From assembly GCA_019828565.1 (NCBI GenBank), contig JAHDYR010000012.1, positions 372,001 through 436,000 on the forward strand: a stretch of DNA of 64,000 bases. The letters run 5' to 3'. This DNA comes from Carpediemonas membranifera BICM (taxonomy: Eukaryota; Protista; Fornicata). Positions 21,234 through 32,141 of the stretch are shown in pieces. Positions within the stretch are counted from its first letter, which is position 1; every line of letters starts with the position of its first letter. A model generated the notes under the pieces. That model was not told the DNA's origin. It saw only the letters and a list, made by a program, of their open reading frames with translations, and ran no database searches. A program made the translations under genes and the position numbers.

Positions 21234-21590
21234 GTCTTTATCGGAATGTGGTGAGAAAACGCAGGTTACGGCAATTCGCTAACGACCAAGCCTAACGCTA
21301 CAGCTGAATATTCGGGTAGTGTTCCTCAGCATCGTGCACCACGCTGAGAGTGCCGCCGGCTACCGTCTCCATTCTCCCCAGCACGCACCACGGCGCTGAT
21401 CTGGGTCGACAGTGGTGGACACATAAATCCTGAGCAGGTTGGGGGCGAGCAGGAACTGACCAGATGACCGTCGCACATGCCATGTTCCAATGGTATACTA
21501 CAATAAAATCTCATATTGAACCGCTCTCCGATCGAATTTTCGATTGCCTGATCAAATCCAGTGAATATTTACACGGCACCATGAGCGACT

Positions 21591-22904
21591 CTACACATTG
21601 ACAGACAGCAGCGGCACGAGATACTCCTCGGGCACCCCCTGCCTCCGCAGCTCCGCGATCTTCTCATCCCGCACCTTCTGGATGGTCGCCCGACGCTCCT
21701 CGGTGTCATCGACCTCAGCCGGGACGTTCGCACGGTTGCGGGAGGCGCGTTGGGCGTTGTCCCTGATCTGTGTCTTAAGCATGAGCTCGAGCTCGGCCTG
21801 GCGGCGCTTGGCAGCCTCGGCCTCCTTCTTCTCGGCGGCCTCGAGCTCAGCGACGCGGCGCCGCATCTCCTCGTACTCCTTGGCCTCCTCGGCCTTAGCC
21901 TGCTGCTTCTTACGGGCGGCCATCTGAAGCTGCTGCTCCCGGGCCGCGGCGAGCTCCTTCTGCTGCCGGCTGCGCTTCTCCTGCTCCTTGGCCTGCTGCT
22001 CACGGGCCTTCCGCTCCTGTTCAAACGCTGCCCTGCGTGCGAGGAGCTCGTCCCGGGCGCTGTGCTTGTCCTTGGCCCGCTCCTGCTGGGCGCGGAGCCG
22101 GGCGGTCTCCTCTTCGCGGAGCTTGGCCTGGACCTGGCGCTGCGCCTCGACCTCAGCCTCGCGCTTGTCCTTCTCGGCGTTGTATGCGGCGATCTTGAGA
22201 TCCTCCTCCTTCTCGAGGGCAGCGAGCTTCTTCCGGCGCTCAATGGCTTCGGCGTTGGCCCTGACGATCTCCTTACGCATCAGGGCCACCTCCTGCTGGC
22301 GGGCGACGGCCATGCGGCTGTCCTCCTCCTCGAGCTCCTTGATGTGGGAGATCAGGGCGGCGGCCTCCTGCTCGGAGCGCTCCTTGGCCAGCATGCGCTG
22401 GTACTCGCGGTCCTGGATCTGCTCCTTGATGATTGCAGCAGCGTACTCCTCGCCCTCCTTGCGTTTGGCCTCCTTGAGGGCCTCCTGGCGGTAGGAGTCG
22501 GCCGTTGCCTTCTTGGTCAGCTCGACGTACTTGGCGTCCTCCTCGTGCTCCATGCGGCGGCGCTGGGCCTTCTGCTTCTTCTGGGCGTCACGGATGGCCA
22601 TGATCTTGGCAAGGTTGGCGAGCTCGTTCAGGTGCTTCACCTCGTCGATCTGTTCTTCGCGCTGGCGTTGGGCCTTGGCCAGAAGGTGCTTGGCCTTGTT
22701 CGCGGCATCAACCTCAATCTGGGTGGGCTTGCGGATCTTCTCGCGCTTGGCATCCGCGTCTAGAATCCGTTGCTTCCTGGTCTGAGCGTTAACACGGGCC
22801 GTCTCCACTTTCTTTGCCCTGGTTTCCGCTTCCTTCTGTGCCGTATCGCCCTTGGCATAAGCTAGGATCCTTTGATAGTCATTTCCGCTAAGAACTGTGC
22901 TCAT
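21591..22904 (-). CDS. CFAP45: Cilia- and flagella-associated protein 45 (TPH-domain coiled coil)
   Basis: EEQIDEVKHLNELANLAKIMAIRDAQ, EEETARLRAQQERAKDK..RDELLARRA and C-terminal ELRRQGVPEEY signature. Confidence 0.88.
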   Translation of the reverse strand: MSTVLSGNDYQRILAYAKGDTAQKEAETRAKKVETARVNAQTRKQRILDADAKREKIRKPTQIEVDAANKAKHLLAKAQRQREEQIDEVKHLNELANLAKIMAIRDAQKKQKAQRRRMEHEEDAKYVELTKKATADSYRQEALKEAKRKEGEEYAAAIIKEQIQDREYQRMLAKERSEQEAAALISHIKELEEEDSRMAVARQQEVALMRKEIVRANAEAIERRKKLAALEKEEDLKIAAYNAEKDKREAEVEAQRQVQAKLREEETARLRAQQERAKDKHSARDELLARRAAFEQERKAREQQAKEQEKRSRQQKELAAAREQQLQMAARKKQQAKAEEAKEYEEMRRRVAELEAAEKKEAEAAKRRQAELELMLKTQIRDNAQRASRNRANVPAEVDDTEERRATIQKVRDEKIAELRRQGVPEEYLVPLLSVNV

Positions 22905-23182
22905 TAGGAATTTTGGAGAGCGGCGGCCGTTCTCCGTTGTAGAATTTCCTGACTTCAGACGAGTCGGGCACTCACGATGGATGCCACCTACTGGTGACAT
23001 AGGCGCGTCTCGGCGACACCAAGCCTATAGAGACCATCCCTGCCTCTCTCCTTGCCCCAATTTCCTCAATGGCCGGGCAGATATGAGTTCAGCCCCTTCC
23101 ACCAGACAGTTGCTGTGCTCGTCCCCGGCCTTGTACTAGGGGTAGAACTGTGCCGTTCGATCCAGGATCTGGGTATTTGGAT

Positions 23183-24586
23183 ATGCGATCTCGACCCAGG
23201 GACAGAGCGCAAGGGATGCTCGACGTCTCCAAGATGAAATCTGCTGAGCTGACGCTCGAGCTCCTGCACATACGACGCGTTCTTCGTGTCTACAAGATCC
23301 GTATCATGATCCTCAGCGGCTTCGCGTGCTTGTCCTTCCTGTCGCTGGTCATATGTCTCCTGATCATGACGGGCTCCCGTTGTAGCCACATCCCCATTGA
23401 ACCAATCCCCCGTGGCACCCGCTACGGGGATTTTCAGGCCGAGGCTGTGATGTATGCGTCCGAGATCGTCGACGTCATCCCCACTGATCACCGTGTGGCC
23501 TTCTCCGTCCTCAGCCACCGCTCCCAGATAGACGACAGGTACCTGACGTACACCAGGCGCTGGGCAGAGGCTGTGCAGGGCCCTGTATACGTCAACACTG
23601 ACGGCGTCACCCCCGAGACTCAGGAGCTGATCGAATCCGACGGGCATGGCGTTGTGGTGATGCCCAGGGAGCTGCTGGCCACCATACGATTCTACCTCAT
23701 GGCGCTGGACCTGTTCGAGCGCGAGCCCGGGTCCGACTGGTTCGTCCTTGTTGACGATGACTGTCTCCTGTTTGTACCAAACCTGCTAGCCCTGCTGGCC
23801 ACGTTCGACCCCGCCATGCCCCTCTACCTTGGCGGCACCAGCGAGAGATCGCGGTCAGTTGCCCGTCACGGCTGGATGGCGAGTGGTGGTGCGGGGGCTG
23901 TGCTCTCGAGGGCCGCCATGGCCCGGCTGGTCGCCCTTGGGTCCCTCGACTGCCTCCTGGACCACCCAGAGGCTACCAACGGCGATGAGCTGCTCTCCCT
24001 CTGCGTGTTCGACGCCGGTGTGCCCTTCACCCCCGTCCCGGGCCTGCACCAGCTCGACCTCAGGGGGGACGCCAGCGGGTACGTCGAGGGCGTGCTGTCG
24101 AGGTCGGTGCCGGTCAGCATGCACCACCTCGGGTCGATTGACCGGCTGTACCCCTCCCTGTCGAACGAGGTCACCGTGACCAGGCTCCTCAACTACACCC
24201 GCCCAGAGACCCTCTTCCAGCGCGCCGTCGGCCACGTCAGCCTCGAGATCGACGGGGAGCCGTGCAACGCCACGATCTCTGTCGTACGCGGCTTCAGGGC
24301 GCAGCTGTGGGACAGTCCCCTCCCGCTGAGCACGTTCGCACGGGTCTCGAAGACCTGGCGCGACTCCTCCAAGGGCGAGGTCTACCGCGACATTGCCCTC
24401 CGATCGCCCAGTGCCGTACCCCGGCCACTGACGGTGTACTACGGCGACGACGGCGTCTACAGGGACGGTCGGGGCCTGTCGGTCTCGACGGTCGACGGTG
24501 ATTGTGGGGGCCTCCCGTTATGCGGGGGCGCCATGGCTGATGGCGTGCTGAATGTGACCGTCGACTGGGACGCAGTGTCACTCTGA
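23183..24586 (+). CDS. Fringe-like glycosyltransferase (GT31), type II membrane
   Basis: N-terminal TM, WFVLVDDD, PLYLG, ASGGAGAVLS, GDELLSLC, GLHQLD, SMHH. Start codon uncertain. Confidence 0.85.
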   Translation: MRSRPRDRAQGMLDVSKMKSAELTLELLHIRRVLRVYKIRIMILSGFACLSFLSLVICLLIMTGSRCSHIPIEPIPRGTRYGDFQAEAVMYASEIVDVIPTDHRVAFSVLSHRSQIDDRYLTYTRRWAEAVQGPVYVNTDGVTPETQELIESDGHGVVVMPRELLATIRFYLMALDLFEREPGSDWFVLVDDDCLLFVPNLLALLATFDPAMPLYLGGTSERSRSVARHGWMASGGAGAVLSRAAMARLVALGSLDCLLDHPEATNGDELLSLCVFDAGVPFTPVPGLHQLDLRGDASGYVEGVLSRSVPVSMHHLGSIDRLYPSLSNEVTVTRLLNYTRPETLFQRAVGHVSLEIDGEPCNATISVVRGFRAQLWDSPLPLSTFARVSKTWRDSSKGEVYRDIALRSPSAVPRPLTVYYGDDGVYRDGRGLSVSTVDGDCGGLPLCGGAMADGVLNVTVDWDAVSL

Positions 24587-24691
24587 CTTGTACTATAGAC
24601 TTCGACTGTTACGGCCATGATTAAATCAAATCTCACGCCCACAAGCAGACTGGCCATAGATTACTATTTACATAGGCTACAATAAATGGCA

Positions 24692-26620
24692 CTAGTCGAC
24701 CAGCATTGACCCAGCCGATGACCGCACGCTCGAGATAATGGCGTTGGCGATGCGGTGCCCGGCGGACGTCCGCATCGACCGACGGTAGTCGGGTGTCTCG
24801 GGGTCACTGTCATCCAGGGTGAAGCTCGCGGTGAATGACTGTGACCTGATGTGGCCAATGGGCGACCCGAGCTCGACGGGCTGGTAGATGAGGGCGCGGT
24901 GGAGCAGGTAGTGACGGAACGTCGTCTCCTCCCGGGCAGCGAGATATGAGATGTGGTTGAGGCAGAGCCACCACAGCAACTTCCCCCAGCCCATGCGGGT
25001 CCAGCGCTCAGCCGTGTCGACCTTCTCGAGCGTGCTGATGAGGTCGGCCCGAAGCACGATGAAGAAGGAGATGAACGTCTGGCGGGTAAGGCAGCAGATG
25101 TCGATCGTCAGGTTGTTCATCAGCACGATGGAGAACGACAGGTGGGGCGTCTCGACGCTGGGGCTAGTCGTTGTGCCGTGCCAGAAGGACGGCGACAGGG
25201 CGCCCGGCACGATCTTCTTGACGTGGCGCAGGTCGATGCAGCTCGTGGGGCTCTCCTTATCCCTGGACCATGAGAAGATCTGGTTCTGGTACCGGATGTA
25301 TCGCCGCTCGGCCTTGCCGTTGGGGTAGCGGGGGTACTTCGTGCAGCACGCGCCCTCCATTGCCAGCTCTCGCATGGCTCGGAGCGGCTCGGCCCGGTCT
25401 GAAGGCCTCTTGCGGCGGGCAAAGGCGACGCGGTGGGGGGTCACGGGCTTCGCGGGCTCAACCTTGGCCTCGGGCTCGGCCTTAGGCTCGACGGTGGGCT
25501 CTACTACGACTTCAACATTTGACTCAGTTTCTACCTTTGACACCGCTTCAGCTTCAGCCTCGACCTTCACTTCATCAGCATGTGCCTCCTCCTCCTCCTT
25601 GTTGGCCGCAGCGACGGCCTCCTCCACGGCCTTGGCCTCCTCGCCCTCCTCTTCGACCTCAACGGGCTCTGCGTCGCTCTCCGCAGGGCTACTGTCCGTC
25701 GACGGGGGCAGGGGCCTCGACTCGATGGCCAGGGGCGACATGACTGTGTCCCAGTCGCCCCGCATCCGGCTGAGGGACGCCCCCGAGAACAGGGAGAGCG
25801 ACAGCGACTCGTCCAGGGTCTCGCCCTCGGTGGGACCGAACTCGCGGACGTCGCCGTCAGAAGAGACGCTGTGGGAGAACGACAGGGCGGACGTCGCCCG
25901 TTCACTGTTCACCTCAGCGGACCAGGCAGAAGTGGACCCGTGCCGCGTCGTAGTGCCGGGGGTGGGGAGCTCGGGTGACAGGACTGCCCCGGGGTTCGAG
26001 GGCGTGTCAGACAGCCCGCAGTCGGTCGTGGAGGCGGTGCCCGCCTCAGATATGCTCCCGACGCGGAGGGGCCTGGGATGGGAGGACTGGCAGAGCGGGG
26101 ACGTGCCCAGCGGGACCGGCGGGGGCGGTGGCGGGGGCAGCGGATCCGTCTGGCACTCCTCGTCGATCGAGGCGTAGTGGGCCGCGAGCTCAATGGCGTC
26201 GGTGCGCTCGGCAAGTGCGGCTTCGAGGACGTTGATGCGTCTGTGCGAAGCTGCAAGTGCTTCACGCGCCTGGGTGACGCGGGTCGTCAGAATGAGCGTC
26301 TGAGCAGCGGACTCGGCTACTTCACGCCGTAGTCTGCGCACAAGATCGTCGTCTTCACGCTGGCGGGCGTGTTGCACCTCCGATTCCACTGCCTGCTGCT
26401 CAGTGGCCCGGATGCGGGCAAGAAGCATGTCTCGTTCCCGCTCTAAGTGAGTATACTTCTTGGTCATGACGGCATGATCCACAGCGAGGTTCTCGAGTTC
26501 CTCGATCACGCCCTGCATCTGTTGCTGGAGTTTCTGCTTCTTAGTCACCTTAACATCTTCTACAACTTTCATTTGTCCGTTATTCTCCGCCTCAGTGGAT
26601 CGGATGGCTTGTTCAGCCAT
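24692..26620 (-). CDS. Coiled-coil + low-complexity + PLC-type PH domain protein
   Basis: MEGACCTKYP..ERRYIR..IFSW..IDLRHVKKIVPG..SFSIV..TIDI PH pattern. Confidence 0.75.
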   Translation of the reverse strand: MAEQAIRSTEAENNGQMKVVEDVKVTKKQKLQQQMQGVIEELENLAVDHAVMTKKYTHLERERDMLLARIRATEQQAVESEVQHARQREDDDLVRRLRREVAESAAQTLILTTRVTQAREALAASHRRINVLEAALAERTDAIELAAHYASIDEECQTDPLPPPPPPPVPLGTSPLCQSSHPRPLRVGSISEAGTASTTDCGLSDTPSNPGAVLSPELPTPGTTTRHGSTSAWSAEVNSERATSALSFSHSVSSDGDVREFGPTEGETLDESLSLSLFSGASLSRMRGDWDTVMSPLAIESRPLPPSTDSSPAESDAEPVEVEEEGEEAKAVEEAVAAANKEEEEAHADEVKVEAEAEAVSKVETESNVEVVVEPTVEPKAEPEAKVEPAKPVTPHRVAFARRKRPSDRAEPLRAMRELAMEGACCTKYPRYPNGKAERRYIRYQNQIFSWSRDKESPTSCIDLRHVKKIVPGALSPSFWHGTTTSPSVETPHLSFSIVLMNNLTIDICCLTRQTFISFFIVLRADLISTLEKVDTAERWTRMGWGKLLWWLCLNHISYLAAREETTFRHYLLHRALIYQPVELGSPIGHIRSQSFTASFTLDDSDPETPDYRRSMRTSAGHRIANAIISSVRSSAGSMLVD

Positions 26621-26854
26621 CTTCGTTCTATTCTGAGTCCAGAAGTGGAGCGCTTAACCTGCCACACGGGAGCCGTAGTGGCCATGTAGTGGCTACAAAA
26701 GCCGGCTGTAGAGCTGCAGAATCCGGTCATCTCGCCGGACCGACCCATATTTCTAGTTGTTGACTGTTGTTGACTGCCCATCTTCCAGTGTGACTCGGGT
26801 TTCTGGGACCATGCCATGCCAGCTGAGCCAATAATCGAGAAAATTTAGTACAGC

Positions 26855-27448
26855 TCACTTGTTGCGGTGGTACCGGCTGATGCGGCTGGGGGTCCGTTGG
26901 AACTTGGTCATCTTGAACATGGTCTCGCTATCGACGGCCCGCTCCTCCGGAGTACGCGCCACAGGGGACCGGCTCTGCTGCTCCTTCAGTGTGGACCCTG
27001 CGTGCAGTTTCGGGCTCGCGGTTCTGAAGTGAGGCTCGCCGTATGAGTCGCCTGTGAATTGGTACTCCACGATGGCCTTGACGGGGGTATCGGTGGCGCC
27101 CTGCTTGCCGTAGGTGTGCTCCGGGCACTTCTGATGGGGCAGGCGCATGTCTCTGACGCTGGCCGAGCTGACCCGCGGGATCTTACCGGTGCGGGGGTCG
27201 GGCTTGGAGAGCAGTCTGATGTTCCTGGACAGTATGTTGTTGTGGCCAGCGGTCTTCTTAGGTGCACGGTCGTTTGCTCTTGTATCCCCTTCGTCCCATA
27301 TCACCGCAGCATGTGCTGTGTCGATGAACTTGCGCTGTCTTGGAGGAGCTCCGTGCACAAAATCTGCTGGAGGCGGTTCACGTGTAACCATGGGCGCCCC
27401 TACATCACGCTTCTGCAGGAGATGGTTGTATTTGTATCTGTCGCCCAT
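26855..27448 (-). CDS. CFAP77: Cilia- and flagella-associated protein 77-like
   Basis: NHLLQKRDVG..PPADFVHG, TYGK..TDTPVKAIVEYQF and FKMTKFQ motifs. Confidence 0.72.
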   Translation of the reverse strand: MGDRYKYNHLLQKRDVGAPMVTREPPPADFVHGAPPRQRKFIDTAHAAVIWDEGDTRANDRAPKKTAGHNNILSRNIRLLSKPDPRTGKIPRVSSASVRDMRLPHQKCPEHTYGKQGATDTPVKAIVEYQFTGDSYGEPHFRTASPKLHAGSTLKEQQSRSPVARTPEERAVDSETMFKMTKFQRTPSRISRYHRNK

Positions 27449-27638
27449 TCAGCTGTTGGGAGTTTCGCAAAAAATGAAAGTACTTCCGCTAAACTGCGCG
27501 ATACGGTTTAATGCCCGCCGGCCAGAAACTGATGTGAGGACAGCGTGTACTATACCCGGCCTGTCTGTCGGGTATCTCTGTTTCAATTTCCGGTGTCGCC
27601 AGAGAGTCGCTCGGCGATAATTTGCCCAACGACGCTCC

Positions 27639-28103
27639 ATGGTGAAACTCAAGACAAAGCGCGGTATCAAGCCACCAATGGGCTATGAGGACGAACTTGA
27701 TGTCCTCGAGCAGCTGAACGACAATCTTCGTGCCGCCGCACTGAGAACAGCCACAGATGACGCTGGAGACAGCAAACAACAAGCAGAATGGGACATATAC
27801 AGAGCGGATCACCAGCGGACGCGTTATGTCCACGACCTCATGCACAACCCGGCCAATCCGAACCCCCCTTCCAAGGAGTTCGTCGACTACTGCGTCGCCA
27901 TGGACTACATCAACCGCCAGCTGCTCCAGACATGGCGGAAAGCGGGCTACGAGTGCGCATGCTGCGTCCCTTGCACCAGGCCCAACCCGCAGACGGGCAC
28001 GGTCTGTATCTGCAGGATCCCGAAGGCCATGTTGCCCGAAGAGCGACGCGGACAACCATGCGTCACTTGCGGGTGCCGCGGCTGTGCGACGGAGGACATG
28101 TGA
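27639..28103 (+). CDS. BUD31: Splicing factor BUD31 (G10 protein)
   Basis: WDIYRADHQRTRYV, WRKAGYE..CCVPC, CICRIPK, CVTCGCRGC. Confidence 0.95.
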   Translation: MVKLKTKRGIKPPMGYEDELDVLEQLNDNLRAAALRTATDDAGDSKQQAEWDIYRADHQRTRYVHDLMHNPANPNPPSKEFVDYCVAMDYINRQLLQTWRKAGYECACCVPCTRPNPQTGTVCICRIPKAMLPEERRGQPCVTCGCRGCATEDM

Positions 28104-28269
28104 GCGGAGTGCCGCACATCCCTCACGGAGGCACGGTTGCCCGACCCGACGGAATAAATTGCCGGGGCCCGTTGGACATGGGACTAAAGAGATGAGGGGC
28201 TACAGATGGCACCCAGGTCTTCGGAGCGAGCACTGTTGGTTTTGTCAGATTTGCGCATTATTTTTGCCA

Positions 28270-29280
28270 ATGTCAGCCCACAAGGTACGCTTGCGCCTTG
28301 AGAACAAAAATTTCATCTACACATACACTAATGAAAGCACTGTCGCGGATTTGATGGCCGAATGTGAGAAGCACAGCGATTTGACGAATGCAGAGTCCAT
28401 CACCGTTCAACCACTAGTAGGTGGAGGACAGAATACATGCAAAGCGGATTCAACAGATCTACTTACCACTATACTTCATTCGGGCAGTTCAATGGCTTTG
28501 AAGATCAACTACACCACGCCATCCCCCGCTGTCAACAAGCCAACTCAGCCCACCAACCAGGGCCAGCCGCCCCGGCCGGACAAGCCCGCGCCCCACTCCC
28601 AGCGAGCTATCAGCACCGACCTGGACTGGTCCGACTTTGACATGATCCGACAGTACTCGCCCCCCCAGACCCCCGACTGGTCATTGGCCGAGGTTTGTCG
28701 GCTAACAACGGACGCAGACGGGGCTTGCTTGTTCCATGCAGTGACGTCTCTGTTCGCCTCTGTTGACCCGCACCTGACACACTACAAGCTCCGTCACGCG
28801 GCTGTGACGACCATCATGGACAACCAGCACGACGAGAGGTTCAGCGAGGCCATGCTCGGCATGGATATAGGTGTATACGTCTCCCAGATGCGCGCCCAGG
28901 ACACGTGGGGTGGGGGTATCGAGCTCGCGATTCTGTCGGACGTTCTCCACGTCGAGCTCGCCGTCGTGGACGTCGCCGACGAGACCACGGTCGTGTTTGG
29001 TGAGGGCGCCGGGTGGAGTAAGCGCGGATATTTGCTGTTCTTCAACGACCACTACGAGTCGCTGGGTATCGAGGCGGGCGGTGTCATGCACAAGATCTTC
29101 AGCCCGGGAGACGATATAGTTTACACGATGATGCTTTCATTCTCAGCAGACATCCTTGAGCAGGAGCGGCGCAGTGTGTACATCTGCAGCCTCTGCGGTG
29201 GGAGGTTAGTGGGCCAAACCGCACTCAGCAAACACGCCAAGCTCACTGGACACGACAAGTATGAAATGGAGAAGAAGTGA
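28270..29280 (+). CDS. OTU1: OTU1/YOD1-type deubiquitinase (UBX-like + OTU + C2H2 finger)
   Basis: DADGACLFHA, WGGGIELAILS, DHYES, CSLCG..HAKLTGH. Confidence 0.9.
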   Translation: MSAHKVRLRLENKNFIYTYTNESTVADLMAECEKHSDLTNAESITVQPLVGGGQNTCKADSTDLLTTILHSGSSMALKINYTTPSPAVNKPTQPTNQGQPPRPDKPAPHSQRAISTDLDWSDFDMIRQYSPPQTPDWSLAEVCRLTTDADGACLFHAVTSLFASVDPHLTHYKLRHAAVTTIMDNQHDERFSEAMLGMDIGVYVSQMRAQDTWGGGIELAILSDVLHVELAVVDVADETTVVFGEGAGWSKRGYLLFFNDHYESLGIEAGGVMHKIFSPGDDIVYTMMLSFSADILEQERRSVYICSLCGGRLVGQTALSKHAKLTGHDKYEMEKK

Positions 29281-29688
29281 GGGCAGCAGTGTGTGTATTA
29301 GGCGTTGAGTAGGCTAGCTAAGTTGTAAAAGGTCCGGGAATGAGTGTCGCCGTGAATAAGGATGTTGGCAACAACTTTGGAGCACTTCTGTATCGTCATA
29401 ATGCGAGCAGCACTCGACCAGGGCACCCGGGGTGCTGAGGGTCGGAGGGTCCCGCGGGGACCGCGGGCCGGAGACTATTGATCGTTGGATTGATTCGACC
29501 AGATGTGCAGGATATGGCAGAATTCGAAAGATGCCCGAAGAAGACACGGGCACGCCCAAGGCAGAGGGTCCCGAACGACGGACCTGCCTCGACTCGCGAG
29601 GAACGCGGGAAACGAAAGAAGACGCTGAATATTTACGCGGAGAGACAGGAAATCCGAGTAAATATTATTCCCCCCCCATTTGGATATG

Positions 29689-29870
29689 TTAGGATGCTAG
29701 GATACTCTAGCATGGCAAAAGGGTTTCCGGGTCGCTTCGTGTCTGTCCGAGTGGTCTTCACGTCGTCGACATAGCGTGCGCCCGGTTATGGTTATCGCAG
29801 CGTTGCTAAATCCAGTGTCCCGCGGTAATCGCGACCCCGGAGCCTAAACCTGCACATTTTTGGTTAAACT
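29689..29870 (+). ncRNA. Candidate structured non-coding RNA (unassigned)
   Basis: Hairpin ATGCTAG-GATACT-CTAGCAT; long-range helix GGGTTTCCGGGTCGC (29721-35) / GCGACCCCGGAGCCT (29831-45); Sm-site-like ATTTTTGG follows. Lies in an unusually long spacer. Confidence 0.3.
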
Positions 29871-29958
29871 TCGATTTTTATTCTTAAAATGTGTGCCGGG
29901 GAGACAGACCCAGACCATCCAAAGGACCGCCCAACGAGCCCACAGCGGATGAGCACGA

Positions 29959-32007
29959 TTACTGCAACCCACAGCAGATGTCGGCCAACGTCCCGGCGTC
30001 GACCTGCTCCCACGCCGGGTCCAGCCGGTCGGTGGCGGTGCACACGAAGCGGCGGGCCTGACTGATATCCGGTACTGGCCGAGTAACCCTCACGATGACG
30101 TCGGACTCAATGGGGCAGTCCCCGAGGACGGCGACACGGGGCGGAAAGATGGTCGGGATGTCGTCCACGGTCGTGTATCCCATGAAGTTGTCTCCTGGTG
30201 TCATCTCCGGCAGGCGCCACACTCTGTGCCGCGCCATCGCCGGGTCCCGCCTGATCTGGGCCATGCTGTCACCCCACAGCGCGCCCTCGTCGACGACCAC
30301 GGCGTTCACCCGGCGGGGGCGGGGCGGGTGCTCGGGACTGCCGACTAGTGCCCCCAACTGGGCCAGCTGCTCTACTACCCGTGTGACCCGGGGCGTGTCG
30401 GGTGTGCCGACCACCGTCACGGCCACGGCGGAGAAGTCAAGGCATGGGGCCGGGTTTGGACGGTAGTACAGCACCAAGGGACCGGTCAGCAGGGGGCCGG
30501 GGGACTGCACCGCCCTGAACCTCATGGGGCGGCGGATGGCGTCGTACACGGCTTGGCTGACGAAGGCGAATTCGAGCTCGGGAGTTCTGGCGACAAGACC
30601 TATGGGGTCAGCGAGCCTCGTGACGCCCCTTATCTCCTCCCAGTGCGGCGGCACGACCTTCGCGTCGTTCGCCATGACCCCCGCCTCGACCATACCGGCC
30701 ATCACCTGCTGAAGGAGGTCTGCCGCGGTCAGGTCGGACAACACCGTCAGGGCCCCGGGGAGCTGCGTCTGGGGGAGGTTCAGGTCGGCCCCGTGCAGGG
30801 CGAGGTCGGCGCCCCGACCGGAGAGCCTCACAGCCCACCGGCGGACCGGGGCCTGCTTCCGGGCTGGCCTGATCGCCCAGTCGGCGGCTTGGGTGATCGG
30901 CCGGTACCCAGTGTACTCCGGCTGACTCCGGACCATATCTAGCATGATCCTGGCGGCCAGAGCAGGTGTGGCGCCGTGCTGGGCGAAGGGGAGGTCGACC
31001 TGGGGATGAAGCCCCAGCCCGCCGAGCACGAGGTCGGGGTGGTCCCGCAGGAAGGCCGCGTCCCTCTCCTCCCAGCCGGCCAGAGCCTCCCGTATGCCCA
31101 GGCGCCACAGTGTCCTTAAAGTGCACGCTGGACAATACTGGACGAGTGTGGGATGCCCCTTGAGCTGGCGGGGGACCTTGAGACACCCGACTCGGTCCGC
31201 ACATGAGATGTGGAAGGTCGCATCGCACGCCGGGTCGGTGCACGCGGCCGTGGCGCCATCTGGCCTGTTGCAGACGCAGCACGGCTTACCGCTTCCAGCC
31301 CCAGCCAAGAGAAAACCGTCTGGGGCGCGGTACGGCCGGCCCCGGGCGACATCGCGGACACAGGCGAAGTGGGCGTATGTCCCGGTTGTTGTCAGCTTCT
31401 TGGCGCCTCCGGCACAGGGGCAGAGGCCGCATGGGGGTACGGCCGCCGGCCGGGGCGAGTTTACCATGTTGCCCGCAGCACGGCACGCGTCGCAGTACCA
31501 GTATTCCGCGGCCGCGTCGTCGTCTCCGATGCCATAGCAGGATTTGTGGACGACGAGGCCGCAGCCGGGCCCGTCGCAGAAGATGAAGTGGTCGTCGGCG
31601 TCGGCCTCGTCGGACAGGCAGATATCGCACACCTCCTGCTCTGTAATGATCACATCGTCGTCGGTAAGGGCGTCACAGCTCGCGCTATGGACGCGGGCAC
31701 GCTTCTGGGTGCCGTGTGAGAGGAAGGTATTCCGCGAAGCGTGTGCGGCACAAAAGAATGGGCTTTGGTCCTTTTTGATCACGAGAGCGTCGTCTAGATC
31801 CTTCAAAAGATGGACATTGCGGTTGCATCCCTGGTAGGAGCAGCCGTGGCAGTGCAGGGAGTGGTGGTCGTCGTTTCTGGCTTGCTGATCATCCTCCAGG
31901 CATTTTGTGTGCAGGAACTGCCCGCATACATTGCATTTTATGGTGGATTCATCGTTGTCATTGGCAGAGGCGTCGATCTCTTCACCGCAGAGGGCACACA
32001 AGGACAT
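29959..32007 (-). CDS. PHD / PZP (PHD-Zn knuckle-PHD) chromatin protein, BRPF/Jade/AF10-like
   Basis: CDICLS..FIFCDGPGCGLVVHKSCYGI..WYCDAC, CGLCPCAGGAKK..YAHFAC, CCVC..ACTDPACDATFHISCA, plus an N-terminal PHD. Confidence 0.88.
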   Translation of the reverse strand: MSLCALCGEEIDASANDNDESTIKCNVCGQFLHTKCLEDDQQARNDDHHSLHCHGCSYQGCNRNVHLLKDLDDALVIKKDQSPFFCAAHASRNTFLSHGTQKRARVHSASCDALTDDDVIITEQEVCDICLSDEADADDHFIFCDGPGCGLVVHKSCYGIGDDDAAAEYWYCDACRAAGNMVNSPRPAAVPPCGLCPCAGGAKKLTTTGTYAHFACVRDVARGRPYRAPDGFLLAGAGSGKPCCVCNRPDGATAACTDPACDATFHISCADRVGCLKVPRQLKGHPTLVQYCPACTLRTLWRLGIREALAGWEERDAAFLRDHPDLVLGGLGLHPQVDLPFAQHGATPALAARIMLDMVRSQPEYTGYRPITQAADWAIRPARKQAPVRRWAVRLSGRGADLALHGADLNLPQTQLPGALTVLSDLTAADLLQQVMAGMVEAGVMANDAKVVPPHWEEIRGVTRLADPIGLVARTPELEFAFVSQAVYDAIRRPMRFRAVQSPGPLLTGPLVLYYRPNPAPCLDFSAVAVTVVGTPDTPRVTRVVEQLAQLGALVGSPEHPPRPRRVNAVVVDEGALWGDSMAQIRRDPAMARHRVWRLPEMTPGDNFMGYTTVDDIPTIFPPRVAVLGDCPIESDVIVRVTRPVPDISQARRFVCTATDRLDPAWEQVDAGTLADICCGLQ

Positions 32008-32141
32008 CGACCCCCGACTCGAAGTGAGCCGCTGACCCGGAGTGCCCTGGATACGGAGTGGGAGAGTTCGTCTGCACACAGCCCTGGGACGCGCTCAAAG
32101 GTCCGGCACCCTGGTGCAGATTATGCTTCATCAAACAACCA

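Noticed and set aside
27757-28269. N-terminal extension of the OTU1 ORF overlapping BUD31
   Set aside because: Alternative-frame read-through of BUD31; the UBX-like domain starts at 28270.
29320-29340. U5 loop-like ACCTTTTAC on the minus strand
   Set aside because: No enclosing stem; it is the complement of the GTAAA signal of OTU1.
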